DNA of 58,319 nucleotides from Parcubacteria group bacterium (GTDB lineage Bacteria; Patescibacteriota; Minisyncoccia; UBA6257; Colwellbacteraceae): the NCBI GenBank assembly GCA_041649615.1, contig JBAZMT010000005.1, positions 1 to 58,319 on the forward strand, read 5' to 3'. Shown here piece after piece: positions 37,778 to 46,264 of this stretch (position 1 is the stretch's first letter; each line of letters starts with the position of its first letter). The notes beneath the pieces were generated by a model, which was given only the letters and a program-made list of their open reading frames with translations, made no database searches and had not been told where the DNA came from. A program made the translations under genes and the position numbers.

Positions 37778-39268
37778 TTATGGCTTTTGTATGCAATAGG
37801 TGTTATAGGCGGCGTTAAAGTAATGAGTTATCTGGGACGAGACAGTATTTTGTTTTGATGGATCCTTAAAATAAACAATATTAGTGTCTGGATTAATCTT
37901 GCCTGTCGCGTCAAGAGTAAGGGACATTCCGTCCAAGACAAGGTAATGATTCCCGAAACGAGGTTGCCAGGTAAGGTCGCTTAGAGAAAATTTGATGCTG
38001 TTGGTTTTTGTGTGTCCGATCGCTACTCCTCCCGATTCAAAACAAGTTTTCAGGTCTTCCGGCGTTTCCGGTATAACGTAAGAAGTAAGCCCATATTGAG
38101 CGGGAATATTTTGAGAAACAAAAGCTCTTTCCACCGTGCCCTTGCCGCATATTCGATACCCTTTAGTGGTCATCAGGCTTCCAACTGTTGTAACGGCGTT
38201 TTCGGAAGTGGCGTATTGATTGCCCGTGAAGTAAAGAAGAACCATGGCAAAAGAAGTGGGAGCGCATCCGGACCAGGAGAAATTTTTGCATCCTGCTTTG
38301 CCGTATCTTATTTTCCCCCAGCGGGGATCTCCCTGCGCCAAGCGAATAACTCCCATTTGGATAGTAGGAATCTCATCGTTAGGTTTCTTTATGGGAATAG
38401 GTTCTACTGCCAAACAGTATTTTTGACTCGTGGGCTTGTTAAAAACGGGGCCGGTAGTGAAATTAATGCTGCTCGGGTTATTTGTGACTGGCGTGAATAA
38501 TTTATTCACGATGGCTTGCAGGCTTTGACCCGTTTGATTAAAAGCGATAATTATGCGTACGGTTTTTCCTTTGGATTCGTTTCGCAGTTCTTTTATGGGT
38601 ATGCATCTGTTGCTTATTCGAGTGTTTAAATCAGCGAGTATTTTTGCAACCGTTACGTTAGTAGGAATATTTATGATGGCAATGGTGCGGCTTCTTTCAT
38701 CCAATTTCATTTTTTTAGAGTCAACTTTCAAGTCCCCCGTCTTCGGATCACGCCCTAAAATATAAAATCTTTCCGGTTCGTAAGAATTGTCATCTCCGAC
38801 AAGAGGACTGTCAGCGGGTGGATCCATGTCTATGTCTTCATCCACCGAACCGATTTTTGGATCAATCTTCGGGGTACCTATAACCGCACCAAGATTCGTA
38901 ATGGATGGAAGAGAGATTCCTCCTATAGACGCTCCCAATTTTTCAAAAATATTAAGCGTTTGGGATATTGCTCCCATCTTCAGGCTCGTACCGGTTTTAG
39001 CAAGACTCGGATTTGTCCGATCATTTATCGTTGAAAGTCCGATGTCTACAGCTGAAATGATTAAATAACTTCCTGTGATTATCACGAGTCCTTGGATGGC
39101 CGCCCATGTCCAGGTCTCTTTTTCTTTGAGGCTTTTTTTCTTAGCGGTAGCTCTTTTTATCGCTCCATACGCAACAAGTCCGAGCGCAAATATCGCACTG
39201 ATCCCTAAAGCATAGAGAAAGATATTTTGAACAGGATTATTCGGGGAAAGCCATTCGGTAATGTTCAT
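37778..39268 (-). CDS. Pilin-hairpin / GyrA-tower-like / C39-like cysteine peptidase fusion protein, paralog 1
   Basis: 496 aa. The N-terminus (NPVQNIFLYALGISAIFALGLVAYGAIKR...AAIQGLVIITGSYLIISAV) has the two-TM VirB2/TrbC-like pilin layout. The C-terminus carries SGCAPTSFAMVLLYF (Cys), GNHYLVLDG (His) and KDP. Confidence 0.7.
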   Translation of the reverse strand: MNITEWLSPNNPVQNIFLYALGISAIFALGLVAYGAIKRATAKKKSLKEKETWTWAAIQGLVIITGSYLIISAVDIGLSTINDRTNPSLAKTGTSLKMGAISQTLNIFEKLGASIGGISLPSITNLGAVIGTPKIDPKIGSVDEDIDMDPPADSPLVGDDNSYEPERFYILGRDPKTGDLKVDSKKMKLDERSRTIAIINIPTNVTVAKILADLNTRISNRCIPIKELRNESKGKTVRIIIAFNQTGQSLQAIVNKLFTPVTNNPSSINFTTGPVFNKPTSQKYCLAVEPIPIKKPNDEIPTIQMGVIRLAQGDPRWGKIRYGKAGCKNFSWSGCAPTSFAMVLLYFTGNQYATSENAVTTVGSLMTTKGYRICGKGTVERAFVSQNIPAQYGLTSYVIPETPEDLKTCFESGGVAIGHTKTNSIKFSLSDLTWQPRFGNHYLVLDGMSLTLDATGKINPDTNIVYFKDPSKQNTVSSQITHYFNAAYNTYCIQKP

Positions 39269-39305
39269 CGGTGTGTTTTATTTTGTTTTTCTGCCGCTAT
39301 TTGTA

Positions 39306-40721
39306 TTAATACCTAAGAGTTGAATTACAGGTATTTGCGGGTCCAAAAGCGCCGCAGACCTCATAATATCCGCATGAACCGCATGAACTGACTGTTCGTT
39401 GCTTTCCACAGTTGTCAGGACCGGTGAAAGACCCGCATTCTAAACCGCGTCTGGAACAAAACGCGGTATCTGTTTCCGAAGTGCATCCGTTTTCGCAAAC
39501 CGCGTTAATATTCACGTCCGCTTTTTTGCCGCCCGCTCCTGTGCCGCTGATGCACCAGGTTGCCCTGTCGCGTTTAAAATAGTGCGCTATTTCCGATGAT
39601 TTAGTGCGACCCCCGGGGTCGGCTATGATAAATAAATTTTTAGTTTCGTCTATGCCTTTAACCACAATGTAGTGAGCATAATCCGTGAATTGAGGATGCC
39701 ACGTGTGGTCTTTTGGATCATCGTTTGAAGCCGCCATCGAACCGATCATCACTCCTCCTTTAAGGAAACAATTTTTCGCTTCTTTTTGATTATTAACTTC
39801 GGTGGATGTTAGGCCGTAGCTTTTGGGAATTCTCGTGAATGCCGATGAGTACACTCCGCTTGGCTCGTTACCGTTGCATTTTTTCATTCCGCCTTTAACT
39901 ATCTGCGCTCCTATGGTTTGAACAGCGGTGCTTTTAGTCAAATATTGGTTTTTTGTAAGATAAAGGATAGTCATGGCGAGAGACGTCGGTCCACATCCTC
40001 TGTTTCTAAACGTGTGTTGAGTCGGACAACCCGGCACGCATATTGGTTTGTCTCCCCAGGGGCTTTGGCCTTGATATAATTGCGGCACTGCGGCGGTGTA
40101 AACTAATTTATCGGACGGCGCTAATTCACCCGTTTCTCGAGGTGTAAGAAGTTGTCCGGCAATAGTATTTGCGTCAAAACCATCTTTGATGGTGATAACA
40201 ATTGAAATATTGTTTCCAACGGACTCATCTTTTATTGAATCCACTCCTTGAATGTTCGCTTCCGTTATGCGCGCGTTCAGATCGTTGATTAATTCTTCCT
40301 TCGTTACCCCTTCCGGCAACCATTTCAACGTGATTTTGCCCGGCTCTATCAGGACTTTACTTGTGTCATATATGGGAAGGCCGGTCCCAAAATCAATTCC
40401 TTCAAAAAAAGAGCCTTCAAGCGGTGGAGGAATTTCTAACGGGTCAACTAAAAGATCAAGAGGAGCGGAGCTAATTGTTAATATCCCGGGATTTACAACG
40501 GAGAGAATAATGAATCCACCGGCAAGAATCATAAGTCCTTTGGCGGCAGACCATATCCAGGACATCGCTTCTTTTTTTTGACTCGCATTATCTCGCGAGA
40601 GGATATATCTTATGCCTCCGTACATTACGACTCCGAAAGAGACAACGGCTCCCAGTCCAAGACCGAACAGGAATATATTCTGGACTCCTCCGATTGCTCC
40701 AAACCAGTCGTTGATGTTCAT
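39306..40721 (-). CDS. Pilin-hairpin / GyrA-tower-like / C39-like cysteine peptidase fusion protein, paralog 2, with a Cys-rich C-terminal tail
   Basis: 471 aa with GGVQNIFLFGLGLGAVVSFGVVMYGGIRY...AAKGLMILAGGFIILSVV, then RGCGPTSLAMTILYL, AHYIVVKG and ADPGG. The last ~70 aa contain 10 Cys. Confidence 0.7.
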   Translation of the reverse strand: MNINDWFGAIGGVQNIFLFGLGLGAVVSFGVVMYGGIRYILSRDNASQKKEAMSWIWSAAKGLMILAGGFIILSVVNPGILTISSAPLDLLVDPLEIPPPLEGSFFEGIDFGTGLPIYDTSKVLIEPGKITLKWLPEGVTKEELINDLNARITEANIQGVDSIKDESVGNNISIVITIKDGFDANTIAGQLLTPRETGELAPSDKLVYTAAVPQLYQGQSPWGDKPICVPGCPTQHTFRNRGCGPTSLAMTILYLTKNQYLTKSTAVQTIGAQIVKGGMKKCNGNEPSGVYSSAFTRIPKSYGLTSTEVNNQKEAKNCFLKGGVMIGSMAASNDDPKDHTWHPQFTDYAHYIVVKGIDETKNLFIIADPGGRTKSSEIAHYFKRDRATWCISGTGAGGKKADVNINAVCENGCTSETDTAFCSRRGLECGSFTGPDNCGKQRTVSSCGSCGYYEVCGAFGPANTCNSTLRY

Positions 40722-40774
40722 AAAGTTAATTGTAACATAGAAAAACGCCCCATTTTTACGTGGGGCGTTATGAT

Positions 40775-41212
40775 TTATGTGGAATACTCCGTTCCGATTT
40801 CGTGGCCGCCGTCGCAGATGTCACCGTCTCCGAATGATCTGCCGCAGATGTTGCATTTGTTCCCGTTCGCCTTACAAAGCACCCTTTGAAGCTTCTCGCT
40901 GTTCCAGTATTCCTCTGCCTCGGAAAAAATAACAGAGACTTTGGATTCCGAATAAAGTCTCTTTACGGCTTTTCCGATCATTCGGGCGAGTTGATGGCAA
41001 ATTTCTGCTTTTCCCTGCAAGGTTATTTCTACAAGAATTGTTTCGCCTAATCCGAACTCCATGAGATTGGCCGAAAAAAGGCATAGCATCTCATCCTCGT
41101 TCGCTACCCCGAGTGCGGAAAGGCTGGTGCACACACTCGTGATCGCTCCAAAAAGGTATTTGAGTTGCACTTTCGAACTTTTCAGCGAGCACCAGACTCT
41201 GACGGTCAACAT
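40775..41212 (-). CDS. Hypothetical protein with a C-terminal CCCH zinc-ribbon-like motif (paralogous tail to 53380..53715)
   Basis: 145 aa with SD AAGGAGA. The tail is RVLCKANGNKCNICGRSFGDGDICDGGHEIGTEY. Confidence 0.6.
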   Translation of the reverse strand: MLTVRVWCSLKSSKVQLKYLFGAITSVCTSLSALGVANEDEMLCLFSANLMEFGLGETILVEITLQGKAEICHQLARMIGKAVKRLYSESKVSVIFSEAEEYWNSEKLQRVLCKANGNKCNICGRSFGDGDICDGGHEIGTEYST

Positions 41213-41234
41213 TTTCGCGTTCTCCTTTCTCCAG

Positions 41235-41471
41235 TCACCCTATTCGTCCATCAAACCAAGCTGCATAGAGGCCGTCTTTTTCGAGCCTCATGCCAACAAT
41301 CGTCTCGATTACCCACGGTTCAACGTAACCGTAGAGCAATAAGTGCTGCGTCGCGAGTCTTTTTGCGGTCTCGATTCTCCGATTTAGCACGATTATTTCC
41401 ATCGGGCGAGGCTGGTAAAACAGATAAGCGGCACGTTGGGCTATTTCTGGAGTGAATTTAATCGCGGGCAT
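41235..41471 (-). CDS. Hypothetical small protein
   Basis: 78 aa with SD AAGGAGG 7 nt before the ATG. I recognise no family. Confidence 0.55.
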   Translation of the reverse strand: MPAIKFTPEIAQRAAYLFYQPRPMEIIVLNRRIETAKRLATQHLLLYGYVEPWVIETIVGMRLEKDGLYAAWFDGRIG

Positions 41472-41509
41472 ATCAAAACCTCCTTATTACGAATTTAAAA
41501 ATCTGTGGA

Positions 41510-41803
41510 CTAAACGAGTTCACAACAGTCTTTGTTGAAGCGCAGATAGCGCCCGATAGGTAAGCTTTCCCAAAAATCGGCTGCTTCGTTTTTTCCGGCA
41601 TGTCGTAGGGCTTTGATGGCTTGCGATCTGAGAACAAAATAGCCTCCCCTATTTTCCGCACCGATGCTTATATTGCTCGGCGGGTCTTCTTTCAACTCTT
41701 CGGGCGTAGCCAGTGGAATTTGGAGTCCACACCATTGCTTGCGAATTCTTTCTTCGGCAAAGCCGGGTGGCATTTTCACGATAACAATCTTCTCACTCAT
41801 CAC
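41510..41803 (-). CDS. Hypothetical small protein
   Basis: 97 aa with SD AAGGAGG 6 nt before GTG 41803 (9 nt before ATG 41800). I recognise no family. Confidence 0.55.
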   Translation of the reverse strand: MMSEKIVIVKMPPGFAEERIRKQWCGLQIPLATPEELKEDPPSNISIGAENRGGYFVLRSQAIKALRHAGKNEAADFWESLPIGRYLRFNKDCCELV

Positions 41804-41956
41804 AATTATCCTCCTTTTTACGTTGTTAATGTTCCTTGGTTTTACAGCTTAAGAGTTGTTTTGTCAAAAAAAACGCGCTAAGCGTGATTGTTGGAGTTAC
41901 GCTTAACGCGGTTACAGAAGCCGCGTTGATTACATGTGGCGCATTAAGAAAAGAAA

Positions 41957-42700
41957 TTATCTTAACGAGAATGAAGCGCGGACAATCGCGTTAATCTGTT
42001 TTTCTATGGAAGTCGTGTCGTAATATCCGTAATCGGATATCTCGGTCGAGTTTGGCGGAGTGATTTGCATTACGCCCATGCTCGCGGCTCTAATATCGCC
42101 AAGACGAGAACCGGCGCTTTCAGCGATTTTTTCGGCTCTGGCACGAGCATCTTTAGTCGCTTCGGCGAGCATTTCCACTTTAAGATCGGCTATTTTGCTG
42201 TAGTAATATTCAAGCGGCTGGCTTGAAAAAAGTATTCCCTGGTCAACAATCGGTCCGGTGTTGTTAGCCAAGTCAGTTATTTCCTGGACCTTATTTGATT
42301 CCACTTTAATGTTTTGACTCAAATTATATCCGCTGATTACTCCGCCGCCGCCATAGTAATATTTGCCTTCCATCTGTTCGTATACCGGATTGATGGATAC
42401 GGGAAAAACAGTGATGTCTTTATCTTCCACTCCGTTGTCTTTTAAAAATTTTAGAACGGCGTCTAAATCGCTCTTGATTTGGGTGTTGCCTTGCCTCAAT
42501 CCATCAGCTCCGGTGTTTCTAGAAAAGCTTGCCTGCCACTTAACCACGTCGGAGGTGATGTTCTTTTGTGCCGAACCGGTAACGGAAATAAGATCGCTTA
42601 AAGATTTTACTTTATAAAAAGTCCCGCCGATTATGAGCGTTCCGACAATAATGGCGGCGCTAAAAATTGCAACTGGAATAATGAAATTATTCTTGGGCAT
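41957..42700 (-). CDS. SIMPL/DUF541 family protein (copy 2)
   Basis: 247 aa with a signal anchor and the same architecture as 16691..17458 (ISVTGSAQKNITSDVVKWQASF...VRASFSL). Confidence 0.75.
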   Translation of the reverse strand: MPKNNFIIPVAIFSAAIIVGTLIIGGTFYKVKSLSDLISVTGSAQKNITSDVVKWQASFSRNTGADGLRQGNTQIKSDLDAVLKFLKDNGVEDKDITVFPVSINPVYEQMEGKYYYGGGGVISGYNLSQNIKVESNKVQEITDLANNTGPIVDQGILFSSQPLEYYYSKIADLKVEMLAEATKDARARAEKIAESAGSRLGDIRAASMGVMQITPPNSTEISDYGYYDTTSIEKQINAIVRASFSLR

Positions 42701-42820
42701 AACTATATTGTAGTCTTCCGGGAAAAAATTTCATATGCGTCGCGCGCGGGTCGAACAGATTAGCTGAATCTTCATATCACGAAATTAGATATCACCGCAG
42801 AGATATTCCGGTTTTTGAAT

Positions 42821-43120
42821 CTATTTCTTGGCGCCGATTTCCAGTTTAAGGAGTTTTTTGGCAATTATGAATATGATAAAGGCGAGAATGACGAAATTAA
42901 AAAGTTCGGCTGCAAATGATCCGATCGCAAGGCGGATCGGGCCGATGTTCCACACGACGTCTGTCCATGATTCGACTCCCATAAAAGGAGCAATAAACGG
43001 CATAAGCACGTCGTTTACCATCGATTTCACGAGAGAAGTCGAAGCGGTCCCCATCACAAAGCCGACAGCTAAGGAGATGATGTTGAAATCCTTTAAAAAT
43101 TTAGCGAATTCCTTGAACAT
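42821..43120 (-). CDS. mscL: Large-conductance mechanosensitive channel MscL (short form)
   Basis: 99 aa. FKEFAKFLKDFNIISLAVGFVMGTASTSLVKSMVNDVLMPFI aligns with the MscL N-terminus and TM1, and a second TM helix is present. Confidence 0.8.
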   Translation of the reverse strand: MFKEFAKFLKDFNIISLAVGFVMGTASTSLVKSMVNDVLMPFIAPFMGVESWTDVVWNIGPIRLAIGSFAAELFNFVILAFIIFIIAKKLLKLEIGAKK

Positions 43121-43184
43121 TTATCGTCCATGAATTATAGCACTTTCGTTTGACCAGAGAACGGTTTACATACAGGGTCTTTCT

Positions 43185-43610
43185 TCATTTTAACGCTATA
43201 AGTATCGCGCCGGAAACCATGAGAAGGGCACCGACAACGGATTTCCAACCGAGACTTTCACCTAGGAGAATGACGGCGAGAACCACGACAAACACAATGC
43301 TCAGTCGGTCTACGGCAACGACTTTAGTTGCCTGTCCGCCTTTCAATGCGAGGAAATAAAAGAGCCAGGAAAGTGCGCCGGCAACGCCCGCGAGAGCGAT
43401 AAAGATCCAATCTGCGGAGTCCATGCTTTTAAACGAAAATCCCTGGAATTTCTTCAGAAAGAAACTGACTATGACGAGAAACCCCGCCATGATTATGGAA
43501 CGGATGGTAGTAGCAAGCGTCGGATCAATACCTTTGAGTCCCATCTTCCCAAAGATTGCCACCAAAGCGGCGGTAATGGCGGAGAGAAAAGCAAAAATCA
43601 TCCAGGTCAT
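43185..43610 (-). CDS. Half-size EamA/DMT family transporter
   Basis: 141 aa with 4-5 TM helices and an EamA-like pattern (FLSAITAALVAIFGKMGLKGIDP). Confidence 0.7.
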   Translation of the reverse strand: MTWMIFAFLSAITAALVAIFGKMGLKGIDPTLATTIRSIIMAGFLVIVSFFLKKFQGFSFKSMDSADWIFIALAGVAGALSWLFYFLALKGGQATKVVAVDRLSIVFVVVLAVILLGESLGWKSVVGALLMVSGAILIALK

Positions 43611-43642
43611 ATGTTAATAAGTATAAACTTTTTTGAATTTCT

Positions 43643-43804
43643 TTAGATTTTAATTCCCTTTTTCTTTATTTCTTCCGAGATTTTTCCGCCCAAGGGGCGG
43701 CATTTACAATTTTTGGCATGTTCTATATGCCATTTAACTTTTTCGTCTAAAGTTGGATTTTTAGGCATTTTGTGAGTTAAATGCCATTTGGCGTTTAGTT
43801 TCAT
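43643..43804 (-). CDS. Small conserved-looking protein (53 aa) with a WH...H...C.C motif
   Basis: Own translation gives MKLNAKWHLTHKMPKNPTLDEKVKWHIEHAKNCKCRPLGGKISEEIKKKGIKI. It is below the track cut-off. Confidence 0.45.
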   Translation of the reverse strand: MKLNAKWHLTHKMPKNPTLDEKVKWHIEHAKNCKCRPLGGKISEEIKKKGIKI

Positions 43805-43813
43805 TTTAAGAGG

Positions 43814-44452
43814 TCATATGGCGGATTTGGTGTTAAGAACGGTTTCTGGTTCTTTCCCAAAGAAGGTTGTATTATCGTCCTCAATCAGTATGCCTTGTCC
43901 GTCTTTTAGCAACCGAATTGGGTATTTGGAATTCTTCATGTTTTCTTTTACTTCCGTTTCTTTTTCATCCGTGTAATGAGCCTTTAGTACGAAAGAAACA
44001 TAATTTAGAGCAGTAAAGTCTGTTACTCCGAATCTGTCTTTTCCTGTTCTATCCCAATCGGATACTTCGATAGTCGGACACATAATGTATGATCCCGCGC
44101 TTGTACCTATGTATATCTTTCCTTCCTCAAGAAATTCTTTAAGAACTTCCGCAAATCCGCTTTTTCTGATCGCTCTCAATAGATAAAATGTGCTGCCACC
44201 TTCAATGTGAATTATATTTTTGTCTTTAAACAGATTTATTAGTTCCTCTTTTGTTTTGCCTTCAATGTCTATTTCTTCAAAAGAATATCCATTGTCCTTA
44301 ATAATCTGCTTTAGCTTTTTATTAAAATCCGTCCTATCTCCTTTGGAAGCGGTCGTGATGTAGCCGATTTTCATCTGCTCTTTTGGAATACCTGTTAGAT
44401 TATAACCGTATTCTAGAAGGAAACTGATATCTGAACCAAGAATTAATTTCAT
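43814..44452 (-). CDS. Peptidase E-like S51 family peptidase
   Basis: 212 aa with IHIEGGSTFYLL and the nucleophile motif YIGTSAGS. Confidence 0.75.
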   Translation of the reverse strand: MKLILGSDISFLLEYGYNLTGIPKEQMKIGYITTASKGDRTDFNKKLKQIIKDNGYSFEEIDIEGKTKEELINLFKDKNIIHIEGGSTFYLLRAIRKSGFAEVLKEFLEEGKIYIGTSAGSYIMCPTIEVSDWDRTGKDRFGVTDFTALNYVSFVLKAHYTDEKETEVKENMKNSKYPIRLLKDGQGILIEDDNTTFFGKEPETVLNTKSAI

Positions 44453-44572
44453 TTCTCCGTTTTAAACATTTTTTCAAGTCCGGGAATTATATAATATAGT
44501 CTGCTATTTCAATAATTTCTTCTCTGCTTTTCTTAAGTTGTTTTTCGTTTTTAACATAAGGGTCTTCAATTT

Positions 44573-44998
44573 CTAACTAATACCGGCTAAGAATTCCAAA
44601 ACTTTCGGATGGAGAGATGTGGTAAAATATTGCGTTACATCTGTCGGCTTCACCCACTTGATTTCCGTAAATTTTTCACCTGCTTGTTCTGTGCCACCGG
44701 ATATCTCACAGAAATAATAGATGGAAAGAAATTCTCTTTTTTCCGGATATGTCTTTGCAAAGAAAACATTCTTTACGTTGACCTCCAGTCCTGTCTTAAT
44801 GCGGATTTGTTCTTTGAGATATTTTTCCAAGTCCTCTTCGTATGCGGGTCTCCCGCCGGGGAAAGTTCATGAGAGCTCTTTAATGAAGGGGTCGTTTTCG
44901 CGATGACCAATAAGAATCAGTTTTGTCTTGGGATCATAAACGACGCCAAGGACATTGACTATAAAAACTCCCTTATCAAATTGATTAAAATCAATCAT
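44573..44998 (-). pseudogene. NUDIX-fold protein gene interrupted by one in-frame TGA at the conserved Trp position
   Basis: Own translation from ATG 44998 gives MIDFNQFDKGVFIVNVLGVVYDPKTKLILIGHRENDPFIKELS-TGA(44869..44867)-TFPGGRPAYEEDLEKYLKEQIRIKTGLEV..., continuing in the same frame into track ORF 44573..44830. The Nudix box itself is degenerate. Confidence 0.7.
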
Positions 44999-45092
44999 TT
45001 TTGCTCCGGGAACATAATAACATTATGACTGTCCTTTCCGACTCGTGTCTTTGGATGTTTAGTTAGTTTATTTCATAATTCCAACCCGGTTG

Positions 45093-45604
45093 TCAAGATT
45101 TGGTTTTCCGCCAGTCTTCGGCGAATACTTGCTCCCACGTTTTACCTTTAAGTAGCACATCTAAGGCTAATTGAGGCGCTTTATGAGCAACGATAGCCAC
45201 ATGCTTTCCTCCGTAGTTTTGTTTTAGAAATTCTAAAAAATGGCAATACGGACTTTAACATCTTCATAACTTTCGCCATTTGGAAATTTTTCCGTGATCA
45301 TCTTTTCTTGAAGAGGTTCAACCGTTTCCGAGGGTTTGCCATTGTAGTCACCATAATTGCATTCACGAAGACGGGCGTCCTGGATTATTGGATAGATACC
45401 ATTCCAGGTAATAGTCGCTGACTGGACTGCTCTTTTCAGATCGGAGCAAAAGACGACATTAAACTTTTTGTCTTTTGTTTGGCCCCTTAATGCCTCCGAC
45501 TGCTCTATCCCTTTTTCGGATAGTTTTACATCCGACCAACCGGAAGAAACATCTCTTTGATTATCTGTCGTCATGCCATGGACAAAATATGTAATCTTTA
45601 TCAT
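45093..45604 (-). pseudogene. Histidine phosphatase (phosphoglycerate mutase family) gene with a frameshift in a homopolymer
   Basis: The first frame reads MIKITYFVHGMTTDN...RIAIF, then stops. Adding one T to the T6 run (plus-strand A6 at 45235..45240) continues as LEFLKQNYGGKHVAIVAHKAPQLALDVLLKGKTWEQVFAEDWRKTKS, ending at 45093. SD GAGGGAG precedes ATG 45604. Confidence 0.7.
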
Positions 45605-45897
45605 TGCTCCCTCGGTAGGAATTTCACTGCTCAATAAATTGCATCCGCAATTTATCTGCGTTTTAAAACCTTACGATTTTAATATTTACACCATGGAAAA
45701 TCTCTCGGTTTTCCGACCCATCTCGCCGAAGGCTAGCCGAGGCGGACCCTTTCCCTGTTCGATCCCTTCCGATACAAGTGTACAGAAAAAGTAGAAAACA
45801 AAAAAGCGCACATGCTCCTTTTTGTTTTCGGCTATGAACATGTCTGAAGCTTAAAATCGTTATTTTAAGCGTAGCGGTTTATATCGTTATGTGGAAC

Positions 45898-46254
45898 TTA
45901 TTTGTTCGAGTCTTTTTTGTCCTTTTCGTCTTTATCACTATTCCCTTCTCTTCTTTCCTTGGTCATAAAGTCATAATATCCTTCAAAGAATCCTTCCTCG
46001 TGGCTTCCTCTCCTTACAAAAAGATAAAACGGATAAATAAGAATGATGAGACCAATGATGTCGAAGAAATTATTTTTGAAATAGAGAATTATAAAGACGC
46101 CTATCAAGGCCAGAACAAGAAGCAGTGGAGAATTTATTGTCTCTACGTTGCCCATAAGCTTATGGTATTCTTCTCGGAACCGGCTGATTTCTTCCTCACT
46201 CGCGTTTTTAATGTTCCTTGCGTGTTTTTTAATGTTTTTGGAGTTTATCTTCAT
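45898..46254 (-). CDS. Hypothetical two-TM membrane protein
   Basis: 118 aa with a central hydrophobic hairpin and K/D/E-rich termini. The gene is AT-rich. Confidence 0.5.
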   Translation of the reverse strand: MKINSKNIKKHARNIKNASEEEISRFREEYHKLMGNVETINSPLLLVLALIGVFIILYFKNNFFDIIGLIILIYPFYLFVRRGSHEEGFFEGYYDFMTKERREGNSDKDEKDKKDSNK

Positions 46255-46264
46255 ATCTTATTTT

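Noticed and set aside
44867-44869. The in-frame TGA at a Trp position could indicate a genome-wide UGA reassignment (code 4 or code 25).
   Set aside because: TGA terminates several well-conserved genes at the expected length, in ATGA overlap junctions (10691-10694, 14813-14816, 34095-34098). No other conserved gene in the window needs TGA readthrough. A single-gene lesion is the simpler explanation.
45690-45790. A GTTCGATCC-containing stretch (GGACCCTTTCCCTGTTCGATCCCTTCC) that looked like a tRNA T-arm or tRNA remnant, which might have marked an att site.
   Set aside because: I could not fold a T-stem, because both flanks are pyrimidine-rich and not complementary. I also could not form an acceptor stem on either strand. 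This is probably chance or heavily degraded sequence.
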